The notes beneath the pieces were generated by a model. That model did not search any database and was not told where the DNA came from. It was given only the letters and a program-made list of their open reading frames with translations. The translations under genes were made by a program, and so were the position numbers. Of a stretch of 64,000 nt of DNA, positions 37,941 through 48,066 are shown one piece after another. Numbering within the stretch: position 1 is the first letter of the stretch; each line of letters begins with the position of its first letter. Origin of the DNA: a virus; IMG/VR virus record IMGVR_UViG_3300044736_000016, positions 45,769 through 109,768 of that record, one strand, 5' to 3'.

Positions 37941-40661
37941 GTGGAGCGCTTAGTGGGCGCCACCGCGGTCCAAATCCTGCTCGACATCGCCGGCAACAGT
38001 GCGGGTGCGCTCAAGGCGCTCGCCGAGATCGACACGGCATTGGTGGCGGCAGAGGCGAAGGCGAAGGCGCAAGCGACCAAGGCGGCGGCAGACAATCTCA
38101 TCAACCTGAACGGTGGCGTCGCAGCGGCGCGGACTGCACTTGCCGAAACTGCTAAGGCTGTGGCCACATCGGTCACGTGGTATCCACCGTCCAACCCCGC
38201 CTTGATCCAGTCTGCCGCGAAGGACGGTGAGAAGGCCGCGACCGGGTTCGTTGGCAAGTTTCAGTCGGTGATCGGCACGGGCATCAGCGCGGTTGCCGGG
38301 GCCATCGGTGGCACACTCAGCGAGGGGTTCAAGAAAACCGGCGAAAGTGCGGGGGAACTAGACGAGAAAACTCACAAGCTGTCCGAGACGTTCACCAAGC
38401 TCGGCGAGGCAGGGCTACAGGTGTCGGCCGGCCAGGGGTCGATCCTCGGGTTCCTCGGCAGCCTCGGTGCATCCATCCCGATGATCGGCGGCGTCGTGGC
38501 CGGGATGGGCCTGCTCGGTGGTCTGCTGGAACATGTCGTAACTGAGCAGGCTGACTACGCCTTCGCCATCGAGGAGCAGAACCAGCTACTCGGCATCGAC
38601 GTGACGATGCTGCAAACCCTTGACGCTATGGTGGCGCGCGTTGGACTGGACCATGACAACCTGACGAAGGTGCTTCAGCGGTTCTCAGCCAACATCAGCC
38701 AAGGTGGTCCGGCGCTCAAGGCATACGGGCTCACGCTGGCTGATGTTGGGATCACTACCAAGAGCCTGAACGACGCCATCCCCGAACTCATCAAGTGGAT
38801 GTCGTCGCAGACGGACAAAACATACGCCAACGCTGTTGCCACGGCGCTGATGGGCAAGGGTGCTACGGGCCTCATCGCCTCGTTCGACAAGGGCTTGCCT
38901 GCCTTCAAGGCGTTCACCGATGAGATGCAGCGCAACGGGCAGCTGATGTCTGATTCGGAGATCAAGGCGGGTGCGCTTGCCAAAATCTTCAAGGACGACA
39001 TGATGGCGAGTTTCCAGGGGGTGGTGCGTCAGTTGTCTGGCCCGCTGTTCACGGGCATGTCGCAGTTGTTCCACGCCATCACACTCGGCGCGCAGGGAGG
39101 CCAGGGCGCCTTCCACAACCTCGGCGAGGAGATCAGCAAGGTACTCACTCAGGTCGTCAGTTTCGTCGTGTCGCTGGTGGGTGGTAAGGCGGGCATCGAC
39201 GCCTTCAACAAGTCGCTCGGCGATTCCAGCGCGGCTTACAACAGCGACGCAGCAGCGACGGCCAGTGCAGCCGCGGTCACAGCACAAAAGAAGGTCACCG
39301 ACCTCGAAGCGAAGATCGCGCTCGACGCGCTCACGGAATCCACCGCCGACCAAACCAAGGCGCTCGACGCAAGTATCAAGACGCTGAACGATCGGCAGAC
39401 CGCCTTCGACAACATGATCGCGAAGGAGATCACTGGGTACACGGATGCGTCGACGGCCTTCACGAAGAATGCCGACAAGGAGATCGCTGACCTCAACAAT
39501 ACGGCGGCAGCGTACGTCAAGAACGCCGATGCGCTGATTCAGGCACAGCACGACATCGTCACCGCCATGGATCAGCGGATGGCGATGGAACAACTCCAAC
39601 AGCAACTCGCTGATGACGCGGGCACGAGCCAACTGGCCCTCCTCAAGGCGCAACTCGCTGCCACGCAGACCACGTACAGTGGCTTGCGGCAGTCTGGCGA
39701 GACCGTCAACGCCTACCTGCTACGTCTCAAGCAGCAGAGTTTGCAGGAGCAGATCACCGACGAGACGCAGCGTCGTGCCCTCGCCAAGGATACTGCCGAC
39801 ATCGCGAAGGCGCAGGCCACGGACGCCGCAGACGCAGTCATCAAACAACTGAACGACCAGAAGGCCGCGTACGCCGATGAGACCAAGGTCCGTGTCGACA
39901 CACTGACCGTTCAGAAGCAGGCGTACGCGGACGACACCGCCGCACGAATCGCATCGCTGAACACGCAGAAGACGGCGTACGACGATGACACGAAGGCGCG
40001 AGTAGCGTCGCTCGACGCGCAGAAGGTAGCGCTGCAGGACAACCTCACCGCAGCGCAGCGGAGTTACAACGACCTTACCAACACGATGGCGGACCAACTC
40101 GCCGCAGCGCAGTCGGACCTCTCCCAAGCGCAGGCTGGGTTCAACGCTGTTGTCGAGGGCAGCGCGAACAGCCTCATCGGTAACCTAGCGCTAACATTCA
40201 GCGACCCGGGCTCCTACCTGCAACGGTGGATCGACTGGCTCGGCGACACGCTGGGGCGGGCATTCATCGTCGGTTTGGGCCATGGCTTGGAAGCGGCTGC
40301 CGCCAGTCTGGCAAGTCCCGGAACATGGCTGGGGTGGCTCAAGGATGTAGCCCCCCGACTGCTCAGCCCCGGGACGGCCTTGCTCGGGCTAGCGGGTGGT
40401 GGACCGACTGTCCCCGGCCAACCCTACCTCGTCGGCGAGCAAGGCCCCGAGCTGCGCGTGTTCTCCCAGCCCGGGTCCATCGTCCCTCTGACGAAGGGCG
40501 GCATCGCGGCGCACGCCAGTGGAGGCGCAGCAGCAGGGACGACCATCCACCAGAACGTGTACATCACCGGATCGAGCGCGGAGATGCAGGACGTAGCGCG
40601 CCGCGAGATCGACCTCGCCAATATGCAACTCATCCAGCGCATCACAGCGACGGTCGCATAG
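37941..40661 (+). CDS. Tape measure protein
   Basis: Helical Ala-rich; 18-aa repeats (QKAAYADETKVRVDTLTV); C-terminal GG.V...YLVGEQGPEL. Confidence 0.88.
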   Translation: MERLVGATAVQILLDIAGNSAGALKALAEIDTALVAAEAKAKAQATKAAADNLINLNGGVAAARTALAETAKAVATSVTWYPPSNPALIQSAAKDGEKAATGFVGKFQSVIGTGISAVAGAIGGTLSEGFKKTGESAGELDEKTHKLSETFTKLGEAGLQVSAGQGSILGFLGSLGASIPMIGGVVAGMGLLGGLLEHVVTEQADYAFAIEEQNQLLGIDVTMLQTLDAMVARVGLDHDNLTKVLQRFSANISQGGPALKAYGLTLADVGITTKSLNDAIPELIKWMSSQTDKTYANAVATALMGKGATGLIASFDKGLPAFKAFTDEMQRNGQLMSDSEIKAGALAKIFKDDMMASFQGVVRQLSGPLFTGMSQLFHAITLGAQGGQGAFHNLGEEISKVLTQVVSFVVSLVGGKAGIDAFNKSLGDSSAAYNSDAAATASAAAVTAQKKVTDLEAKIALDALTESTADQTKALDASIKTLNDRQTAFDNMIAKEITGYTDASTAFTKNADKEIADLNNTAAAYVKNADALIQAQHDIVTAMDQRMAMEQLQQQLADDAGTSQLALLKAQLAATQTTYSGLRQSGETVNAYLLRLKQQSLQEQITDETQRRALAKDTADIAKAQATDAADAVIKQLNDQKAAYADETKVRVDTLTVQKQAYADDTAARIASLNTQKTAYDDDTKARVASLDAQKVALQDNLTAAQRSYNDLTNTMADQLAAAQSDLSQAQAGFNAVVEGSANSLIGNLALTFSDPGSYLQRWIDWLGDTLGRAFIVGLGHGLEAAAASLASPGTWLGWLKDVAPRLLSPGTALLGLAGGGPTVPGQPYLVGEQGPELRVFSQPGSIVPLTKGGIAAHASGGAAAGTTIHQNVYITGSSAEMQDVARREIDLANMQLIQRITATVA

Positions 40662-43172
40662 ATGCCATCGCCGCTCCTCCCCATCTGGCGCACGCCCGCG
40701 CAGGCTGGGTTGCTGTCGAACAAGTACGCCACGCCGGGGGAGACGTTCACGGTGCGCTGCCGGTCGTCGGGAGGCGGGACAGACCCGGTCGGCAACATGC
40801 GGGTCACGGCCACGCGCCAGAGCGACCAGCTCGCCCTGTGGGACAGCGGGATCATCGGCCGCGCCACGACCACCAACCCCCCCACCGGAGGCACGCCCAA
40901 GGCGTTCGGCGGGCAGATGCCGGTGAGCGCCAACGGCGCCCTGACGATCGTCGGAGGCAACCTCGGTGGTACGGCGTCGGGCGACACCATGTCATCCTCC
41001 ACTCTGGGCGGCACCAACGGCACATGGTCGCGCAAGGTGCAGGCGCTAGCACCCTTCATCTCGGGCGGGAATCAGGTCTCCGGTGTCTCTTTGGCGAGAA
41101 CCGGCCACCGATTGCTCACCGTCCCGTTCGACGCCAACACCACGTACGTCTACTCGATCGGCGGCAACGACGGGCTGGTGACCACCTCGCCGACCGTGTT
41201 CTTCGGCACAAACACGGGGTATGCCGAACTCAACCCTGACGGCAGTTACGGCCCGTGGCAGCCGACGACCCCCATCCCCATCTTCACCTTCACCTACATC
41301 TACCAGCAGTCCGTCGTCTACCACGGTGTGGCTTGCGCGAAGATTGGCGGTATCTGGTACGTGTACGTCACGGGTGGGATCAGCGGCGGCAGCGCTCAGT
41401 CGTGGACCTACTTCGCCGCGGTGAACGATGACGGCCAACTCGGGCCGTGGACAGCGGCGTCGAACCTCCCCACCAGCCTATGGGGTCACGCATGTGTGGC
41501 GTGGGGTAACAACATCTACTGCGTCGGCGGAACCGTCGCGGTCGGGTCGAGCACGTGCATCACCACCCTCTACGGGGCGACCATCAACACTGACGGCTCG
41601 CTCAACGCGTGGGGCGTCATCGGCGGCATCACGCTGGCCACGGCGTTGCGCAACATGGCACAGGTGTCGGTGGTCGCACCCGGAGGCGTGTTCCTCTGCC
41701 TCATCCTGCTGGGCGGCAGCAACGGCACCACGGACGTGACCACAAGCCAAGTGTTGCAGTTCAGCAACGCGGGCGGCCAGGCTGGACCGCTCACTCTGAC
41801 GGCCGCTCCGCAGGCAGGGTCGGAGGGCGGCGCAGGGCTCGTCGTGGTCGGGTCGGCCAACGCCATCTACTACTTGCAAGGCTCGGGCGTCCTGTACAGC
41901 GCTCCGGTGACGATGGCTGGAGGATTCCCAACCATCGGCACATGGGTCCATGGTGTTGGCGCCACAGCCCTGCTCACCGCTGATCTGGGAACCAACGGCA
42001 CGGTCACCACCAACGCGGACGGATCGCAGGATCTGGTCTTTCAGTTCGGGCGGTTCGGTCCGGCAGCGACCTTTCCCGTCGCGGGTGACACCGTGGTGCT
42101 CACCGTTCAGGTAGCCGGCAACGCATCTGGTAACCCATCCCCCACGGCTGCAACTGCTGTGCAGTTCGGTGACGCCCCCACCGCCACTACGCTGAGCCTG
42201 CCGACCAACGGTCAGCCCACGCTCGGGTTCGTCTTCGCGCAGGGAGTGGGCGGTGGGCCGGAGCAACAGTGGGAGATTCAACTTCTCAACGCCGCCGGCA
42301 ACACCATCTACGCAGACAGCGGCATCCAGCAGGGCTCAGCGAACGCGGTCACCTTCAACCAGATCCAGCCTCCCTTAGTAAGCGCCACGCAGTACATGGT
42401 GAAGGTGCTCAACACTCAGTCGACCAGTCAGCCCATGCCCGGTTCGAGCGGAGCGGTGGCCACCACCACATCGCTCATCACCATCGGCACTCTGACGCCA
42501 CCGACAGCGCCGACATTCACCAGCGTCACCGCCGACAACGTCAACGCCATCGTCACTCTCGCGTTCTCATGGGCGGTCAACACCAAGACGGTCCGCATGT
42601 GGTACCGGGCCACCGGCTCGACGACATGGGCGCTGCTTGCCGACTACACCACGGGCACCGCGTCGGCAGGGTCCTCCACGTACTCCACGGGCGCGCTGAT
42701 CTTCGGCGTCGGGTATGACTTCGCTATCAGCGCAGTCAGTACCACCGCCAACGCCGAGACCGCCCTCACCGCCGTCAAGACCGCGACCATCGCTGTTCTG
42801 TCGTGGTGGTTGCGCGACCCTGCCGATGCCACCGCAAGCGTCGCCCTCAACACCAAGCCGGGGATAAAGCAGCCGCATCTGGAAAGTCTCGCCACCCACT
42901 ACCCGCTCGGCAGTCAGTACCCCGTTGTGGTCGCCGATCGGGTCCACGGACAGGACGGCACGCTCACGGTGTGGACCAAGGCCGCGACGGATGACACCGC
43001 CCTGATGACCCTGCTACTCCGACAAGTGACCTTGCTCCTCCACCACCCCTACGGCGAGCTCCACTACGTGCGGATCAACACCACGCGGGAGGTCACCAAG
43101 CCCTACCCCGGCACTCCGACCAAGCCATACCGCGAGTATCTGTTCTCCTACGTCGAGGTCGCCTACCCCTGA
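40662..43172 (+). CDS. Minor tail protein with Kelch-like repeats and FN3-like domains
   Basis: YSIGG, YVTGG, YCVGG, LLGG repeats; follows TMP. Confidence 0.7.
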   Translation: MPSPLLPIWRTPAQAGLLSNKYATPGETFTVRCRSSGGGTDPVGNMRVTATRQSDQLALWDSGIIGRATTTNPPTGGTPKAFGGQMPVSANGALTIVGGNLGGTASGDTMSSSTLGGTNGTWSRKVQALAPFISGGNQVSGVSLARTGHRLLTVPFDANTTYVYSIGGNDGLVTTSPTVFFGTNTGYAELNPDGSYGPWQPTTPIPIFTFTYIYQQSVVYHGVACAKIGGIWYVYVTGGISGGSAQSWTYFAAVNDDGQLGPWTAASNLPTSLWGHACVAWGNNIYCVGGTVAVGSSTCITTLYGATINTDGSLNAWGVIGGITLATALRNMAQVSVVAPGGVFLCLILLGGSNGTTDVTTSQVLQFSNAGGQAGPLTLTAAPQAGSEGGAGLVVVGSANAIYYLQGSGVLYSAPVTMAGGFPTIGTWVHGVGATALLTADLGTNGTVTTNADGSQDLVFQFGRFGPAATFPVAGDTVVLTVQVAGNASGNPSPTAATAVQFGDAPTATTLSLPTNGQPTLGFVFAQGVGGGPEQQWEIQLLNAAGNTIYADSGIQQGSANAVTFNQIQPPLVSATQYMVKVLNTQSTSQPMPGSSGAVATTTSLITIGTLTPPTAPTFTSVTADNVNAIVTLAFSWAVNTKTVRMWYRATGSTTWALLADYTTGTASAGSSTYSTGALIFGVGYDFAISAVSTTANAETALTAVKTATIAVLSWWLRDPADATASVALNTKPGIKQPHLESLATHYPLGSQYPVVVADRVHGQDGTLTVWTKAATDDTALMTLLLRQVTLLLHHPYGELHYVRINTTREVTKPYPGTPTKPYREYLFSYVEVAYP

Positions 43173-44312
43173 ATGCAGGCGTACAACATCGCGGGCGGGC
43201 TGCTCTCGGCGAACTGGACGGCCATGCTGCAGAGCGACTTTCAGCGCATCGCCACGCGTATCGACATCCTCCAGGGCGGTGTTCCCGTCGCCACCAGTGT
43301 CGCGCCACGCATGGAGCCCGGATCGTCGGTCACCGTCGACAAGGCGCAGGCCAGTCGACGCACCTGCGCGATCAGTTTCACCGACCCCACGGGCACGCTC
43401 ACCCCCGCTGTGGCGAGCGATGTGTTCCACCCGATGTCAGGCTATGAGTTCCGCCTGTCTCGCGGGTTCACCTACGCCGATGGGTCAACCGAACTGGTCA
43501 GCCTCGGCATCTTCGCGCCGTCATCGGTCACTGTGGACGACACCCCCAACGATCTGGTCATCAACGTCACGGGGTTCGACCGAGCCAGAGCAGTGGGGCG
43601 ACGCAAGCTCTCGGATGTCTACTCCATCCCACGCGGTCTCAACGCAGCAACCGCCATCCAAGCGTTGATCACCTCGCAATACCCCGGTCTCACCTACCTG
43701 TTCATGCTCACGTCCCTCACTACCGCACTGATGGCGCTGAAGCCCGGCGCCGATCCGTGGACGGAAGCGCTCACGCTGGCGACCACGCTTGGGGCGCAAC
43801 TGTTCTTCGACGTCTCCGGCCGTTGTGTGCTCATCCCCGAACCTGATCCCACACAAACCCCCGTCGCGTGGACCTACAGCGAAGGCGCGCAGGCCATGCT
43901 CACCCACACCGTCCGCACCCTGACCAACGAGGCCGTCCCCTCGCACGTGATCCGCGACGGGCAGGGTTCCTCGACCGTCGCCCCAGTCCGTGGAGAGGCC
44001 AAAGATCTCAACCCAGCATCGCCCACCTTCATCGGCGGCCCGTACGGCGACGTGCTGGACTATAGTTCCAACTCGCTCTACACCACATCAGCCCAATGCC
44101 AGGTCGCCGCTCAGGCCGCCCTGAACAGACGCCTCGGTATCGCCGATGGTCTCTCCATCAGCCACATCGTCAATCCGGCCCATGATGTCGATGATGTGGT
44201 GGTGGTCAATCGTGCGCGCTCCAAGCTGGCCAACCTGTACGTGATCGACAGCATGACGGTTCCGCTCGGGCCGGACGGGGTGCTCCAGACGGTCTGCCGC
44301 CGGGTATCGTGA
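43173..44312 (+). CDS. Tail tip/hub protein (DUF5047-like)
   Basis: SVTVD....RRTC.I, G..Y.DG..E.V.LG.F, NPA.D..DVV. Confidence 0.75.
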   Translation: MQAYNIAGGLLSANWTAMLQSDFQRIATRIDILQGGVPVATSVAPRMEPGSSVTVDKAQASRRTCAISFTDPTGTLTPAVASDVFHPMSGYEFRLSRGFTYADGSTELVSLGIFAPSSVTVDDTPNDLVINVTGFDRARAVGRRKLSDVYSIPRGLNAATAIQALITSQYPGLTYLFMLTSLTTALMALKPGADPWTEALTLATTLGAQLFFDVSGRCVLIPEPDPTQTPVAWTYSEGAQAMLTHTVRTLTNEAVPSHVIRDGQGSSTVAPVRGEAKDLNPASPTFIGGPYGDVLDYSSNSLYTTSAQCQVAAQAALNRRLGIADGLSISHIVNPAHDVDDVVVVNRARSKLANLYVIDSMTVPLGPDGVLQTVCRRVS

Positions 44313-44974
44313 CGCCCAAGACCTCGCGCGATCTGACCACCGGGTTGCGGAAACTCGCCACCGCCTCCGTGCCCACCCAGAACCTAGAGCGGCATTGGGG
44401 GGTGATCCAAGGCGTGAGCGTCGACGGGACCGCGAGCCTGACCATCGGCGGCAGTTCGCAGACCGTCACGGGGGTGCAGTCGCTCGCCTCCTACTTTCCG
44501 GTGGCGGGCGACACCGTGCTGCTGGACGTCGTCGGGTCGGACGTCGTCGTTGTTGGGACGCTGGGGGCGTCGAGGGGGCCGCTGGGTGTGCTGCCGGGCG
44601 GTTACGCCGAGGTGCTGGTCAGCCAAGGCCCCATCACCACCGAAGTTGCGATTGCCGGCCTATTCGTGACCGTGCCCGTTTTTTCTAGCCGACGCATCCT
44701 GGTGACCCAGCAGACCTTCCCCGGCGCGGGCTCCGTGGCGAATCAGGTCATCACGACGAACATCAAAGAAGGCGTGACCTTCCTGATGCAGGCGAACACC
44801 ACGCTGTCCTTCTCCGGAGGCAACCAGACGAACCACTCGGCGGTGATCCTCAGACCTCCGGCCGGTATTCACACGTACTTCCTCTCCATGTCCACCGGTT
44901 CGGGGAGTTTCACCAACGCCGCCTCAGCCACGTTCAGGTCGTGGATCATGGCTGAGGATATCGGGCCAGCCTGA
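44309..44974 (+). CDS. Minor tail protein
   Basis: L.SY.P..GD.V...G...VVG OB-like N-domain. Confidence 0.65.
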   Translation: MTPKTSRDLTTGLRKLATASVPTQNLERHWGVIQGVSVDGTASLTIGGSSQTVTGVQSLASYFPVAGDTVLLDVVGSDVVVVGTLGASRGPLGVLPGGYAEVLVSQGPITTEVAIAGLFVTVPVFSSRRILVTQQTFPGAGSVANQVITTNIKEGVTFLMQANTTLSFSGGNQTNHSAVILRPPAGIHTYFLSMSTGSGSFTNAASATFRSWIMAEDIGPA

Positions 44975-44978
44975 TCCG

Positions 44979-45509
44979 TCAGCGTGCCATACCAAGATCG
45001 ACGATGCGCCAACTACCCTGCAACGTACATGTCTGCATCTGAGCGACCACGCCCGCATCGTGGGAGGGAGGAGTGTTGATCGGCTCGTCGTGGATCGCGG
45101 TGACCGTCCACGGATGTCGCATGCCTGTCGCGTCCGTGTAGGTGACCACATCGCCGACGCCCAGCAGCATCACGGGGGTAAACACGCCGAGGTTGTGGCC
45201 GACGAAGTAGGTCTGATCCGTGACGCACGTGTCGATCGCAGCCGCGGTGTCGGTCAGTTCAGTCTTTCCCGAGCAGTCGCGGTAGAGACCCACCGTGGTG
45301 TCGAGCCCGAACGGTCCGCTCAGGTGGCTACGGATGGAGACGGTCACAGGAGCGGCGGCGGCGGCCTTCGGCGAGGCGAGGAGCGCACCGCCCGCGGCCA
45401 GCATGGCCACGCCCGCAAAGGCAACGGCCAGCGTCTTAGCGCAGCGGTGACGGCGCGCTGGCGGACCACTCCACAGAGGGGCGGGGTGGATCGGCGCCTG
45501 GGTCTCCAT
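44979..45509 (-). CDS. Sortase-family protein (membrane anchored)
   Basis: N-terminal TM; YFVGHN, L.VGD.V, MQTC, downstream Arg = His/Cys/Arg triad. Confidence 0.7.
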   Translation of the reverse strand: METQAPIHPAPLWSGPPARRHRCAKTLAVAFAGVAMLAAGGALLASPKAAAAAPVTVSIRSHLSGPFGLDTTVGLYRDCSGKTELTDTAAAIDTCVTDQTYFVGHNLGVFTPVMLLGVGDVVTYTDATGMRHPWTVTAIHDEPINTPPSHDAGVVAQMQTCTLQGSWRIVDLGMAR

Positions 45510-45645
45510 GCGTCCATGGTGCGCCCGATCGGCACTCAGGCTCAGGACGGGGGTGGGTCGGGGCAGTTCCGTCACGGGCGCGTCACGCCCAGTATCCATT
45601 GGCGACACGGGGGGGCATAGGCTAGGCTGGGCTAGCCTCGGCTCC

Positions 45646-46140
45646 ATGGCTGATGGTGGCGGCATGGTCGCGGCTCACACGGCGAAGCAGTCGCACGCCT
45701 ATGTCATTCACTTCCCTCCGCATCCAGCGAGGACCGACGACCCGCACTACAAGGACTTCGACCACTACCACCGGACGACCCGTGGCGCGGCGCGTTGCTA
45801 CACGGGTGAGCGGGTCGGTTTTCAAGACTGCCGCGACGCTCAAGGCAACCCCTGCGCCATCGACGCTGCTGGTCAGCAGTCTGGCCTAGAGCTGCATCAC
45901 GCCCACGTCGAGTTCGCGCTCCAGCAGGGCATCAGCTTGGCGGCGCTCGAGCACGACTACCCCGGCATCAGCAACCCGGACGAGGTGGGGGCGTGGGTGG
46001 AGACAGCGGCTAACCTACGTTGGATCTGTGTATTCCATCATCGCACCAATGCTGGCGGCGCGCATTCCGTATCACATTCGGATTGGGAAGGCAGTCTGTA
46101 CGTTCGCGGGTTGACCGGAGACGTAGCGCCCAAGCCATGA
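45646..46140 (+). CDS. HNH-like His-rich protein
   Basis: LELHH...NL..IC..HH. Confidence 0.5.
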   Translation: MADGGGMVAAHTAKQSHAYVIHFPPHPARTDDPHYKDFDHYHRTTRGAARCYTGERVGFQDCRDAQGNPCAIDAAGQQSGLELHHAHVEFALQQGISLAALEHDYPGISNPDEVGAWVETAANLRWICVFHHRTNAGGAHSVSHSDWEGSLYVRGLTGDVAPKP

Positions 46141-46187
46141 GCGCCAAGATCGTCGCAGGCAGCGATGGTGGGCAGAGAGGGATCGGG

Positions 46188-46454
46188 ATGCCGCTCACGG
46201 ATGACGAAGGCAGGGAGTTGCTCGCGACCGTACGTACCCTGAGCGCTCGGCTCGATCAGTCCTTCGCCGACTTCAAGATGGAGGAGATCCCCAAGCGGCA
46301 TAAGGCCAACCTTCCCTCCGTCCTCGACTGGTGGGATGGGCGTGCCGACCGAGGTGAGAAGTCGCGGTATCTCCTACCGCTCCTTGTGACGGCCATCTGC
46401 CCCGTCATCGGCGGTGTCATCGTGGCCATCATCCTCAAGGCGCTCCACCTGTGA
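46188..46454 (+). CDS. Small coiled-coil plus C-terminal TM protein (holin-like A1)
   Basis: LPSVLDWW, C-terminal TM. Confidence 0.5.
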   Translation: MPLTDDEGRELLATVRTLSARLDQSFADFKMEEIPKRHKANLPSVLDWWDGRADRGEKSRYLLPLLVTAICPVIGGVIVAIILKALHL

Positions 46455-46855
46455 TGAACAAGTCGCCACTGCGGGGTATGCCGTTCCTGCTCAAGGTCTA
46501 TTACCACAAGATAGAACTGCTCTCGCTTTTGTTCACCATTCTGCTCGTCGTCGTCTTTTACATCTTGGCTCAGGAGGTGGTCGAGACGAGGCGGCAGGCT
46601 GGGGTCATCGCCGCCCAAGGTGTGCAGCAGAGGAAGGTGATGGAAGATGAGATCAGGTTCAACCGGTTCCTCATCGACAGAGAGACGGCGCGGACGGGGT
46701 CTGGCGGGCGGCAGGGACTCATCGACCAAGCCAACCTAGACAGGGCAGAGCTACGGCGGTTAGAGGCCGCGCTACGGGCCGCTGGGGTACGGCTGCCGCC
46801 CTCTGACGTGCTCGAGGGGCATCCTGCCAACCCGCCCCAACATGCACCGCCATGA
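46451..46855 (+). CDS. N-terminal TM, coiled-coil protein (lysis accessory B1)
   Basis: TM, coiled coil, Pro-rich tail. Confidence 0.5.
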   Translation: MMNKSPLRGMPFLLKVYYHKIELLSLLFTILLVVVFYILAQEVVETRRQAGVIAAQGVQQRKVMEDEIRFNRFLIDRETARTGSGGRQGLIDQANLDRAELRRLEAALRAAGVRLPPSDVLEGHPANPPQHAPP

Positions 46856-48066
46856 GTGCCCAAATCGTCGCTGACACTGACGGGCGCGTGATCTCGTGGG
46901 ACGCTGAGGCAGCGCGGCTCTTGGGGTATCCGGCGGACGAGGTTGTCGGGCGTCTGCTCGGAGAGACGATCGTCCCCCCACAGCATCGTGACCAGTACGA
47001 CCGTGGGCTGGATGACTTCCGAAAGACGGGCGCAGTGCGTTCGCTCGGGATGCGCTTGCAGGTTGATGCACTGCGCAAGGACGGCACCGTGATCCCGATC
47101 GACTTGCGGCTGACGAAACTCTCGGCCGATCCGCCAACTCTGCTCGTGCTCATCGACCCGCGAGCACCAGCCGACCAACCCGACCCATACACCGGCACCG
47201 AGCACCGTGACTACGCAGCAGACACCGAGGCAGCCCGTGCTGGTCGTGCTGAGGCGCTGGCTGGTGGTGTGACAGAGGTTGCGGCAGAGGTCGAGGCAGA
47301 GCGGGTGCAGCGCGCCAAGGGGCTCGCCGCTCAGTCTGAGCACAACGTTGCGGTGGCCGCCGCAGACGTGGAAGCGGAGCGACTGAGGATTGCTGCAAGT
47401 CTGGCCACGCAGTCCGCCCTGGGCGCTGCCTCGGCTGCTTCGATCTTGGAGGAGGAGCGCATCAAACGTGCAGTCGCCCTGGCTCTCGAATCCATCCGCG
47501 AGACGTCTGCCACGGCCGCCGGAGTTGAGGCAGAGCGGATCCACCGCGCCGAGACCTTGGCGGATCGTTCGGCACGGGGCGTGTCATCGGCAGCAGCAGA
47601 CGTCGAGGAGGGCCGGGTAGAACGAGCCACGAAGCTCGCCGTCGAGGTGGAGCGTGCGAAGCTGAAAGCGGAGGGCGTGGCTGTGGCGGTGAACGGACTT
47701 ACCACAGAGGTAACCGAACTACGAGGCGCCGCCGTGCGGATGGAAACGGCAGTACGGGAAATGAGCAGCCATCTTTCCGAGGTACTGAAGGCGACCGAAG
47801 CGCTGCACACCGGGTACGGCGTTGACGAGAGCACCATGACGGACCGCTCGCGATTTCCATCCCTGCTGACATGGTGGGGGCGGATGACGACGGAGATCGT
47901 CCCAGGTACAGGCAAGACGCGGCTGGCGATATTCGATGAGGTGATCGCCCAGCGCGCGAGCCGTATGCACGTCTCTACAAGCGGGCTCAAGGTGTTCGCC
48001 ATCCTCACCCCATTCCTGTGCATCATCATCGGCGCAATTCTCACGTTTCTGCTCACTCGAAAATGA
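46852..48066 (+). CDS. PAS-domain protein with 26-aa repeats and C-terminal TM (A2)
   Basis: D.DGRV..W...A..LLGY..DEVVG...IVP...LRKDG..IP.D = PAS/PAC. Confidence 0.8.
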   Translation: MSAQIVADTDGRVISWDAEAARLLGYPADEVVGRLLGETIVPPQHRDQYDRGLDDFRKTGAVRSLGMRLQVDALRKDGTVIPIDLRLTKLSADPPTLLVLIDPRAPADQPDPYTGTEHRDYAADTEAARAGRAEALAGGVTEVAAEVEAERVQRAKGLAAQSEHNVAVAAADVEAERLRIAASLATQSALGAASAASILEEERIKRAVALALESIRETSATAAGVEAERIHRAETLADRSARGVSSAAADVEEGRVERATKLAVEVERAKLKAEGVAVAVNGLTTEVTELRGAAVRMETAVREMSSHLSEVLKATEALHTGYGVDESTMTDRSRFPSLLTWWGRMTTEIVPGTGKTRLAIFDEVIAQRASRMHVSTSGLKVFAILTPFLCIIIGAILTFLLTRK

